A stretch of DNA of 32,000 bases, taken from contig NC_013926.1 in assembly GCF_000025665.1 (NCBI RefSeq), forward strand, positions 600,001 to 632,000. The letters are read 5' to 3'. Each line of letters opens with the position of its first letter. Position 1 is the first letter of the stretch. The notes below the pieces were generated by a model that was not told the DNA's origin, searched no databases, and was given only the letters and a program-made list of their open reading frames with translations. The position numbers were made by a program, and so were the translations under genes. Positions 22,839 to 32,000 of the stretch are shown one piece after another. The DNA comes from Aciduliprofundum boonei T469. GTDB lineage: Archaea > Thermoplasmatota > Thermoplasmata > Thermoplasmatales > Aciduliprofundaceae.

Positions 22839-23015
22839 ATGGATGGTATTGAGGAAACAAAGGGGCCTAGAGCCGAGGATGTGGCTAAACTGGAGAACGA
22901 GGTAAAGGCCTTGCGCAGAGAGGTCAGCGAGATGAAAGAGCTAATCCGCAGCTTGCTCCAAGTTCTAATGGAAAATAGTGAAGATGACGAAGAGGATATG
23001 TATGGCTATACCTAA
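22839..23015 (+). CDS. Candidate unannotated 58-aa coiled-coil protein
   Basis: Below the track's 60-aa cutoff. MDGIEETKGPRAEDVAKLENEVKALRREVSEMKELIRSLLQVLMENSEDDEEDMYGYT. Fills an otherwise empty 240-nt gap. Locally GC-richer than its neighbours, with only a weak SD. Confidence 0.35.
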   Translation: MDGIEETKGPRAEDVAKLENEVKALRREVSEMKELIRSLLQVLMENSEDDEEDMYGYT

Positions 23016-23020
23016 AAAAA

Positions 23021-23028
23021 TTTATATT
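23021..23028 (+). promoter_or_regulatory. TATA box candidate for the Sm / KaiC-like operon
   Basis: TTTATATT preceded by an A-run (BRE-like), about 35 nt before ATG 23060, leaving a short leader with GAGGTGAT. Confidence 0.45.
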
Positions 23029-23059
23029 TTGTTGATAATGAGGTATGAGGTGATTGAGA

Positions 23060-23278
23060 ATGACGCTGCCGTTAAAAATGCTTGAAAATTTTCTGAACAA
23101 GAGGATTTCGCTCCTCTTAAAAGATAATCGTGTTCTGGAGGGGAAGCTAGTTGGCTACGATGATTATATGAACATGGTTCTTATGGACACTGAAGAGAAG
23201 ACAGAGGAGATGACTAGGAGATTGGGCACGGTTATATTGAGAGGCAACAATGTAGTTCGTATGGCACTCATAGGATAA
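23060..23278 (+). CDS. Sm-like archaeal protein (LSm/SmAP)
   Basis: 72 aa. Sm1/Sm2 motifs: ISLLLKDNRVLEGKLVGYDDYMNMVLMDTEE ... LGTVILRGNNVV. GAGGTGAT SD; track start 23054 is TTG. Confidence 0.9.
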   Translation: MTLPLKMLENFLNKRISLLLKDNRVLEGKLVGYDDYMNMVLMDTEEKTEEMTRRLGTVILRGNNVVRMALIG

Positions 23279-23280
23279 GT

Positions 23281-25062
23281 ATGTCAGAAAAAGTAGAGGT
23301 AATTTGCCCCCAGTGTGGGGGGGTAATCGATGAGAAAACATTAATTTGCAAATCTTGTGGTAAGAAATACTCGCGGGAAGAGTATGAAGAGTTAAAGAAT
23401 GAAATTCTTCTTAAAAAATGGTTGTTAGGTGATGATTTTAAGCTAGTGGATGAGGATAGAGATGTTTTAGATCAGTGGTTAAAAGGGGATGAAGAGGCAC
23501 TTTTTGGATTTATGGAGAAAAAGGGTGCAACTCAAGAAGAAGTTGAGGAGATAAGGGAGAAAGTTGAAGAGGCGAAAAAGAGCGTCCCCGGGAATGTGGA
23601 TGTTGATCAGCTTATTGAGGAGAATTTGAAATTAAAAACTCTTTTAGATGTTGAGTTTTCAAAGAGAGAAGAATTGGAGAAGGAAATTGAAACTTTGAGA
23701 AAGGAAATAGAGACCCTAAAGGAAGAGCTCACCAAACCCTTGCCAGAAGATATAAGGGAATTGAAAAAGAAAGAGATAGAGTTGAGAGAAGAATTGATAA
23801 GGTTAGAATCAGAGAAGCGCAGGAAATTATTGGAATTAGAATCTCAGAATATGGCGAATTTATCTGATAAAGAACTCGAAGAGCTTAAAGAAGCAATAAA
23901 AGATGGAAATGTAAAAGCGCTAACAGAGAAGATAACCGAACTTACAAAGGAACTTGAAATGAAAAACAAGGAGCTCGAAGAGTTGAAAAATGAGATAAAA
24001 ATAAAGGAGGACGAAATGAAGAAACTTCAAGAGATGCTGAAATACAAGGAGGATGAGCTTATTCGAAGAGAAGAAGATCTTCTTTACAGGGAGAAAAAGA
24101 TAGAGGCTCAAATCAAGCAGCTGCAGATGATAAAGCAAGAGATAGGAAATATGGATGAGATTATACTCAAGAGAAGGCTTGAAGATTTGCAGGAAGAGAT
24201 AAAGAGAAAAGAGGAAGAGCTTCGTGCTAAGGAGAATTATCTCAGAATGAAAGAGCAAGAGATAAATGCAAAATTGAAAGGGCTTGCTGAGCAGGAAGTT
24301 GAGCTTGCAGCCGAAGAGGTGAAGATAGAAATAAAGGAAAGAAAAGTTCGTACGGGTACGAGAAGATTGGATGATTTACTTTATGGTGGATTTCCCATGG
24401 GCTCTAACATACTAATTTATGGTCCACCGTATAGCAATAAGGAAGTTTTGGTTTATTCTTTCGTGGCAGAAGGTTTGCGAAAGGGTGTTCCTGCAATTTG
24501 GATTCTCACCGATATAACTGTGGATAGTTTGCGTGAGGAGATGATTTATGTTCTACCCACATACGAGCAGTATGAAAAGATGGGTTTAGTTTATTATGTG
24601 GATGCCTATTCAAAGAGCATAGGTGATACATCAGAAATGGAAGGAGTAATCTATTTGGATTATCAAAATGATGTTGACGGAATAGCCAAGGCGGTGGATT
24701 CCATAGTTGCCAAGATAAAGGAGAAGAGCAAATATTATAGGCTCGCATTTCGCAGTTTATCTACAATTATGGCTTATTTGGACTCTCAAGCATTGCTTAG
24801 GTTCTTGCAGCCGTTCACTACGAAAAGAAAGAGGGATAATGCAGTATCCTTGTATCTTGTAGAGAAAGGTCTTCATGGTGAAAATGAGATACAGATGGTT
24901 GGTTATACTATGGATGGAATGATAGAATTCAAGATAGAGGCACACAAGATATTCCTAACTGTGCATGGAATCACGGAGGTACAGAGTAGAAATTGGATAG
25001 AGGTAACTGCGAGTAAGAGTGGTATAACCCTTGGATCATTCACCCTTGGGCATATAAGATGA
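23281..25062 (+). CDS. Zinc-ribbon + ~330-aa coiled coil + C-terminal KaiC/RecA-like domain with degenerate Walker A
   Basis: 593 aa. N-terminal CPQCGG...CKSCGK; E/K heptad-rich middle. The C-terminal TGTRRLDDLLYGGFPMGSNILIYGPPYSNKEVLVYSFVAEGLRKG aligns to the KaiC-like TGIPGLDELLGGGIP.GS..L..G.PGTGKT pattern. Walker B-like LVYYVDAYS. Confidence 0.75.
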   Translation: MSEKVEVICPQCGGVIDEKTLICKSCGKKYSREEYEELKNEILLKKWLLGDDFKLVDEDRDVLDQWLKGDEEALFGFMEKKGATQEEVEEIREKVEEAKKSVPGNVDVDQLIEENLKLKTLLDVEFSKREELEKEIETLRKEIETLKEELTKPLPEDIRELKKKEIELREELIRLESEKRRKLLELESQNMANLSDKELEELKEAIKDGNVKALTEKITELTKELEMKNKELEELKNEIKIKEDEMKKLQEMLKYKEDELIRREEDLLYREKKIEAQIKQLQMIKQEIGNMDEIILKRRLEDLQEEIKRKEEELRAKENYLRMKEQEINAKLKGLAEQEVELAAEEVKIEIKERKVRTGTRRLDDLLYGGFPMGSNILIYGPPYSNKEVLVYSFVAEGLRKGVPAIWILTDITVDSLREEMIYVLPTYEQYEKMGLVYYVDAYSKSIGDTSEMEGVIYLDYQNDVDGIAKAVDSIVAKIKEKSKYYRLAFRSLSTIMAYLDSQALLRFLQPFTTKRKRDNAVSLYLVEKGLHGENEIQMVGYTMDGMIEFKIEAHKIFLTVHGITEVQSRNWIEVTASKSGITLGSFTLGHIR

Positions 25063-27202
<2,140 letters not shown>

Positions 27203-27318
27203 GGCACATCTTGTGCATAGGCCCAAGGATGGCACATAATGCTCATTGCAAACAGGTCTACCGCATAATTTGCATACATGTGTTGCTGTTTTTCCACAGA
27301 TGTAGCATGTGCCCATTA

Positions 27319-28032
27319 TCATTTTTTTCCCTTCTTTTTCAGGTACTCTATATAAAATTCAGGATAAGTTTCATAGTCCAATGGGTCTTCGTATCCAGCC
27401 TCCATAAATCCTTTCAAGCGCAAGAGGCAAGAGTCGCATTTTCCGCATGCTTTTTTCTCTCCCCTATAGCAAGACCATGTTAATTCGTATGGCACACCTA
27501 ATTCCATGCCCTTCTTTATTATTTCAGCCTTGGTCATATGGATAATTGGTGCGATTATTTTTATGGGCTTTCCCTCAACTCCTCTCTTTGTTCCAAGATT
27601 TGCCACCCGCTCAAATGCTTCCACATACTCGGGTCTACAATCTGGATATCCTGAATAATCAATAGCATTTGCTCCGTAGAATATTGCATCGGCATCTATA
27701 ACTTCTGCATATCCCAGTGCGAGGGAAAGTAAGATGGTATTTCTGGCTGGAACATAGGTAATTGGAATTTCCTTCTCTATATCCTCAACTTGCCTCTCAG
27801 GAACTTCAATATTGTCGGTTAATGCACTTCCACCAATTTGCCTCAAATCAATTTTTATTATTTTGTGAGGTACATTGAAATATCTTGCGATTTTCTTTGC
27901 GCTCTCTAATTCCCTTGAATGCCTCTGTCCATAATCAAATGAGAGAGCATGTACATCGTAGCCCATCTCCAGTGCTATTGCGAGAACAGTTGAAGAGTCT
28001 AATCCGCCTGAGAGAAGAACTACAGCTTTCAT
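27319..28032 (-). CDS. queC: 7-cyano-7-deazaguanine synthase
   Basis: 237 aa. PP-loop LLSGGLDSS; C-terminal zinc motif CYRG...CGKCDSC. Confidence 0.95.
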   Translation of the reverse strand: MKAVVLLSGGLDSSTVLAIALEMGYDVHALSFDYGQRHSRELESAKKIARYFNVPHKIIKIDLRQIGGSALTDNIEVPERQVEDIEKEIPITYVPARNTILLSLALGYAEVIDADAIFYGANAIDYSGYPDCRPEYVEAFERVANLGTKRGVEGKPIKIIAPIIHMTKAEIIKKGMELGVPYELTWSCYRGEKKACGKCDSCLLRLKGFMEAGYEDPLDYETYPEFYIEYLKKKGKK

Positions 28033-28511
28033 TTCTCATCACCCAAGGGTATGTAATTGCAGGCACCTTGCCCGGGCCCCTCATCAACGCAAATTTCAAT
28101 GCCTTTAACATTCTCTGGAAATCTTATTCTTTCAAGTACTTTTTTTGAGAAATATCTTGCGAGCTCCTCCGCAGTTATAAGATTCACAGGAATTATAGTA
28201 ACATCCCCCTTTGGAAATACATAATGCTTGTCTTCAAAGCTCACATAGATTCTATCATCCTTTATATGGTGCCTTATATACTTCTTCGATTTGGGAATTA
28301 ACAATTTGTGATCAAGTTCTTCGCAAAGGCTTCTAACCTCATTCTTGAGTTCAACAAAATCGTATAATATGTGGTCCTTTGTCTCTCCGAATATTCTCAA
28401 TCTCACCCCATAATCATGCCCGTGTAATCTTGAGCATTTGTGGTGTGAAGGTATGAAATGAGATGCTGAGAATTTAAGTCCAACTTTCCAACCGTCTATT
28501 TCAAGTAGCAT
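28029..28511 (-). CDS. queD: 6-carboxy-5,6,7,8-tetrahydropterin synthase (QueD/PTPS family)
   Basis: 160 aa. FSASHF...CSRLHGHDY catalytic/zinc motif. ATGA-type overlap with queC. Confidence 0.9.
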   Translation of the reverse strand: MLLEIDGWKVGLKFSASHFIPSHHKCSRLHGHDYGVRLRIFGETKDHILYDFVELKNEVRSLCEELDHKLLIPKSKKYIRHHIKDDRIYVSFEDKHYVFPKGDVTIIPVNLITAEELARYFSKKVLERIRFPENVKGIEICVDEGPGQGACNYIPLGDEK

Positions 28512-28542
28512 GAATGGGCATATTCTTTTTCCTTTTTAATCT

Positions 28543-29109
28543 TTATCTACGCCTTATCTCATCCACAACCTTTGTACCTTCCGCGGTTAAGAGAAGATCC
28601 GATGATATTAAGCCACGGAATTTCAGATCTTCAATTAATTTCTCAACCTCGTTGATTTCAATGTCGAGAAGGTAACTTATTAGAATATTGTCCTTCATTC
28701 CAGTGTATAAAAGAAGCAGCACCTTCTTGTGCATTTCTGTCATTTCAACAACTTTTTCTCCAATCATCTTTGTAAGTATGGCTCTAAGTTTTAGGGTTAC
28801 ATCAAAATTTGCAGAGATGAGAGAAGTTAAAATATGCCTTTTATCTCCAAATTCGTAATGCTTTATCTCAAGTATGTTACCCCGAGCCCAGCCCATGGGT
28901 GGGGAAATTCTTGGATACTTATCTCTCTCAGCAATTGTTAGAACATCCTCATATTTTACCTCAATAAACCTATCCAATTTTTTGAATAGGAGCCGTTTAT
29001 TTGTCAAATAAACCCTGCCTAATACCCACTTCTTGTCATCATAAACAGAGCGATCTCTTCCGTAACCTACAATGTAGTACACCTGAGCCTGTGCTATCAA
29101 TTTTTCCAC
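28543..29109 (-). CDS. PH/GRAM-like N-terminal domain + C-terminal winged-helix-like domain protein; function unknown (CheF-like is an unverified guess)
   Basis: 188 aa. WVLGRVYLTNKRLLFKK...VKYEDVLTI resembles bacterial/archaeal PH (GRAM-like) domains. The C-terminal KKVLLLLYTG...ISYLLDIEINEVEKLIEDLKFRGLIS resembles a wHTH. Confidence 0.5.
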   Translation of the reverse strand: MEKLIAQAQVYYIVGYGRDRSVYDDKKWVLGRVYLTNKRLLFKKLDRFIEVKYEDVLTIAERDKYPRISPPMGWARGNILEIKHYEFGDKRHILTSLISANFDVTLKLRAILTKMIGEKVVEMTEMHKKVLLLLYTGMKDNILISYLLDIEINEVEKLIEDLKFRGLISSDLLLTAEGTKVVDEIRRR

Positions 29110-29192
29110 GGTGATAATTAAGCGTACCCTTATTTTTAATTTTTGGATTATTTCTCAATCTGCAAAAATGTGGGAAAGTTTTAAATAGCACA

Positions 29193-29208
29193 AGTCATAT
29201 GTATGACT
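29193..29208. promoter_or_regulatory. Inverted repeat AGTCATA-TG-TATGACT abutting the xerA start codon
   Basis: Read directly from the sequence. Lies between TATA-like TTTTAAATAG (29179-29188) and ATG 29210, so it spans the predicted start of a leaderless xerA transcript. Confidence 0.35.
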
Positions 29209-29209
29209 A

Positions 29210-30064
29210 ATGTCCGACAAATTTATGGATTATGTTGATTACGAACTTGAAAAATTCAAGGAGTATTTGAGGGGTGAGAAGAGAAGTGAGAATACAATAA
29301 AGGAGTATGCTCATTTCATATCCGATATGCTCAGGTATTTCCATAAGAGGGCTGAGGATATAACTCCTGGAGATTTAAATAAATACAAAATGTACCTTTC
29401 AACGAAGAGAAAGTATAGCAAGAATTCACTTTACCTTGCCACAAAGGCAATTCGCTCTTATTTCAAGTATAAGAATTTGGATACAGCCAAGAATTTATCC
29501 TCTCCTAAAAGACCAAGGCAGATGCCCAAATATCTTAGCGAGGATGAGGTAAAAAGATTGATAGAAGCATCAAGCGAGAATCCGAGAGATTATGCTATAA
29601 TTTCCCTCCTTGCCTACTCAGGTTTGAGGGTCAGTGAGCTTTGCAATTTGAAAATTGAAGATGTTGATTTTAATGAGAGAATTGTTTATGTTCATTCTGG
29701 TAAGGGGGATAAGGATAGAATAGTAGTTGTAAGCCCAAGGGTCATAGAGGCACTTCAAAATTATCTTTATACCAGAGAGGATGATATGGAGTATTTATTT
29801 GCATCTCAGAAGAGCAACAAGATAAGCAGAGTCCAGGTATTCAGAATTGTTAAAAAATACGCAGAAAAAGCGGGAATAAAGAAGGAAGTTACTCCCCATG
29901 TCCTCCGCCACACACTTGCAACAACATTGTTGCGGAGAGGGGTGGATATTAGGTTCATCCAGCAGTTCTTGGGTCATAGTAGTGTGGCTACCACTCAGAT
30001 ATACACTCATGTGGATGATGCCCTTCTCAAATCCGTTTACGATAAGGTCTTGCAGGAATACTGA
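29210..30064 (+). CDS. xerA: Tyrosine recombinase XerA
   Basis: 284 aa. SAM-like N-domain. Catalytic residues fall in the expected blocks: AYSGLRVSEL, HVLRHTLATTLL, LGHSSVATTQIYTHV. Confidence 0.9.
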   Translation: MSDKFMDYVDYELEKFKEYLRGEKRSENTIKEYAHFISDMLRYFHKRAEDITPGDLNKYKMYLSTKRKYSKNSLYLATKAIRSYFKYKNLDTAKNLSSPKRPRQMPKYLSEDEVKRLIEASSENPRDYAIISLLAYSGLRVSELCNLKIEDVDFNERIVYVHSGKGDKDRIVVVSPRVIEALQNYLYTREDDMEYLFASQKSNKISRVQVFRIVKKYAEKAGIKKEVTPHVLRHTLATTLLRRGVDIRFIQQFLGHSSVATTQIYTHVDDALLKSVYDKVLQEY

Positions 30065-31154
30065 GGTACTTCATCAAGGATGGCTTTTTGCGAAATATCT
30101 TTATGGCTACTTTAGAAGGATAATCAATATCCCCCTCTTCATTTATTATTTTTATTACTTTTTCATCATTCAAAATTTTGATTATTTTGTTGAATTCATC
30201 ATCTCTGAATTTTGTGTATAATCTGTGCAAATATGAGGCGTATTTTAGCTCTTTTCCTATTCCATTCCTCCAGCAAGTTTCATAATTCTTTAAGGCATTT
30301 TCGGAGTAATCTCCACGCTCCAATGCATCCTTTATTGCCTTAATTGCACATTTTGCACACATAAGTCCTGGATAAACTCCTCCACCGCTTGTTGCTTTCA
30401 CCTGTCCAGCAGCATCGCCCACTATAAGCATCCCCCTTGCATATGTCCTTTCCACAGTGTTTATGGGTATTCCTCCTCCAGATATGGATAGGGGCTGCAC
30501 TTTTAATTTTTTCATCAACTTCTTAAGGTATAGCCAGGAGCTCTTGTAACTTGCAAGTCCTATCTTTGCCAGGTCATCGAACAGAGGAATTCTCCAGGCG
30601 AAGAATCCTGGAGCTATGGAAGATCCTATGAAAATCTCCACAGTATCTTCATCTAAATGAGAATGAGCAATTATCTGGGCAGCCCCCAAAATTTTCGGTG
30701 CGCCTATTCCCATCTCTTTCCTCACAATACTGTTTATTCCATCTGCTCCAACTATTATTTTTGCTTTATATTCACCTTTGCTTGTACTTATATCTGTATA
30801 TTTCACCTTTTTAACTCTCTCTTTTAAATGTATCTCCGCACCCTTTGCGCCAGCCATTTTTGCAAGCTCTCTATCAAATTTTACCCTATCCACTACATAG
30901 CCCCTTACTTTATCATTACCTATTCTTAGTTTGCTTCCATCTGGTGCGTATATAACTGCCTTTTTTGCAGGGTGCAAGATTCCTATTTTTCCCACTATGT
31001 CAAATATGTTTGTAGAGAACAATCCAGAGCAATGTGATGGATTACCAATCTCGCTATGCTCTTCAAAAATGATTACATTGTATCCTAATGAGGCGATTTC
31101 TTTACCTATGAAAGAGCCAATGGGCCCGGCACCAACGATAGCAACATCGTACAC
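30027..31154 (-). CDS. Geranylgeranyl reductase family flavoprotein (digeranylgeranylglycerophospholipid reductase-like)
   Basis: 375 aa. FAD dinucleotide motif YDVAIVGAGPIGS; GDAAG motif LIVGDAAGQV. 38-nt convergent overlap with xerA. Confidence 0.9.
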   Translation of the reverse strand: MYDVAIVGAGPIGSFIGKEIASLGYNVIIFEEHSEIGNPSHCSGLFSTNIFDIVGKIGILHPAKKAVIYAPDGSKLRIGNDKVRGYVVDRVKFDRELAKMAGAKGAEIHLKERVKKVKYTDISTSKGEYKAKIIVGADGINSIVRKEMGIGAPKILGAAQIIAHSHLDEDTVEIFIGSSIAPGFFAWRIPLFDDLAKIGLASYKSSWLYLKKLMKKLKVQPLSISGGGIPINTVERTYARGMLIVGDAAGQVKATSGGGVYPGLMCAKCAIKAIKDALERGDYSENALKNYETCWRNGIGKELKYASYLHRLYTKFRDDEFNKIIKILNDEKVIKIINEEGDIDYPSKVAIKIFRKKPSLMKYLSIPARPYRKRI

Positions 31155-31226
31155 GGAAGCGAGATGTGTTGATTTCCTAAATAATTTGTGCCAAAAATCT
31201 TTATCTTATTGTGGAATTAAAGGGAT

Positions 31227-32000
31227 ATGAAGGATTCAATGCTATCCTTGGACATCTACGCTTGGCTCAAAGAGAACAGAGAGTTTATAGAAGGAGGATT
31301 TTTTAAGAAGATTTATCAAGTGGGTGAGAGAGAATTTCTTTTCAAGATATATAAGGGAGAGACAAAGCCGCTCTATGTGAATCTCCGCGGCTGGCTCTTT
31401 TTTGATGATAGAGAGACACCTTTGGAGCCGAGCATGTTCGTTATGTTCCTTCGGAAGAGATTCTCTGGAAAGAAAATTGTGAAATTTTATCAGTTCAATT
31501 TTGACAGGATAATCATTTTTGAAGTCCCGAATGGCTACTCTCTTATAATTGAGTTATTTGGCGATGGAAATATAATAGTGACTAGGGACGGAATCATAGA
31601 GAGAGCCTATAAAGAGAGGGAATGGAGACACAGAAGAATAATTAAGGGTGAAGAGTATGTGCCACCACCGCAGTCCCTGCATCCATTGAAGGATATAGAA
31701 AGGGTATGCGATGAAATAAATTCTTCTCAGTATGATATTGTTCGTACCCTTGCAAGAAGGTTCAATCTTGGAAAGTATGCTGAGGAGGTGTGCATCAGGG
31801 CGGGGGTGGATAAAAATGCAAAAAATGTAAGCAAGGAGTGTAATAAGTTAAAGGAGGCAATTAAAGAAATTTTTAGATTTTCTGGAGGATACATTTATCC
31901 TGGATTTTTCTCACCATTAGAGCTCAAGATGTTCGATGAGCCAGAGAAGAAATTTGAGAGTTTCAATGAAGCCATAAAAAATTACATAAGTGAGGAGAGT
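31227..32000 (+). CDS. NFACT-N domain protein (archaeal Rqc2/FbpA homolog), N-terminal 258 codons; continues past the right edge
   Basis: Not in ORF track (no stop). Hand translation from ATG 31227: MKDSMLSLDIYAWLKENREFIEGGFFKKIYQVGEREFLFKIYKGETKPLYVNLRGWLFF...IIELFGDGNIIVT... is the typical NFACT-N start. Open to position 32000. Confidence 0.8.
   Translation, partial: MKDSMLSLDIYAWLKENREFIEGGFFKKIYQVGEREFLFKIYKGETKPLYVNLRGWLFFDDRETPLEPSMFVMFLRKRFSGKKIVKFYQFNFDRIIIFEVPNGYSLIIELFGDGNIIVTRDGIIERAYKEREWRHRRIIKGEEYVPPPQSLHPLKDIERVCDEINSSQYDIVRTLARRFNLGKYAEEVCIRAGVDKNAKNVSKECNKLKEAIKEIFRFSGGYIYPGFFSPLELKMFDEPEKKFESFNEAIKNYISEES

Noticed and set aside
29193-29208. dif site for XerA next to its own gene.
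   Set aside because: Arms of 7 bp with a 2-bp spacer do not fit the ~11-bp arms and 6-8-bp spacer of Xer core sites. Archaeal dif sites are not generally adjacent to xerA. It is kept only as a possible operator.

Overview
Compact, AT-rich archaeal chromosomal segment, roughly 90% coding. Archaeal signatures: GGTGAT-type Shine-Dalgarno sites, TATA boxes about 25 nt upstream of starts, an intron-containing tRNA, archaellin, Pus10, a Kae1-Bud32 fusion, XerA, geranylgeranyl reductase and an Sm protein. It looks like a thermophile-type euryarchaeon (Thermoplasmata/DHVE2- or Thermococci-like), but I cannot verify that without a database. Most genes are housekeeping: ppa, rps3Ae, thrC-glyA-fhs, endonuclease IV-like plus 6-phospho-3-hexuloisomerase, queD-queC, a METTL5-like methyltransferase, a HAM1 NTPase and an NFACT/Rqc2-like protein. 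About ten ORF-track starts are TTG/GTG over-extensions; I moved them to the first ATG preceded by an SD or TATA. Three genes are missing from the track: a CYTH gene at the left edge, an NFACT gene at the right edge, and a 50-aa zinc-finger ORF coupled to queC. A 58-aa coiled-coil ORF is a further candidate. No CRISPR array, transposase, reverse transcriptase or recognisable defence gene is present. Most worth a second look: (1) a tandemly duplicated, translationally coupled two-gene module encoding four RHH-like/coiled-coil proteins of unknown family (1683-3188); (2) a Zn-ribbon + long coiled-coil + KaiC-like protein with a degenerate Walker A, directly after the Sm gene; (3) a 65% GC hairpin-internal-loop element between marC and pus10 whose G.U pairs favour the + strand; (4) a 972-aa beta-helix surface protein with a PEF-CTERM-like tail and near-perfect internal DNA repeats; (5) an orphan archaellin mini-locus with a palindrome at its predicted transcription start.
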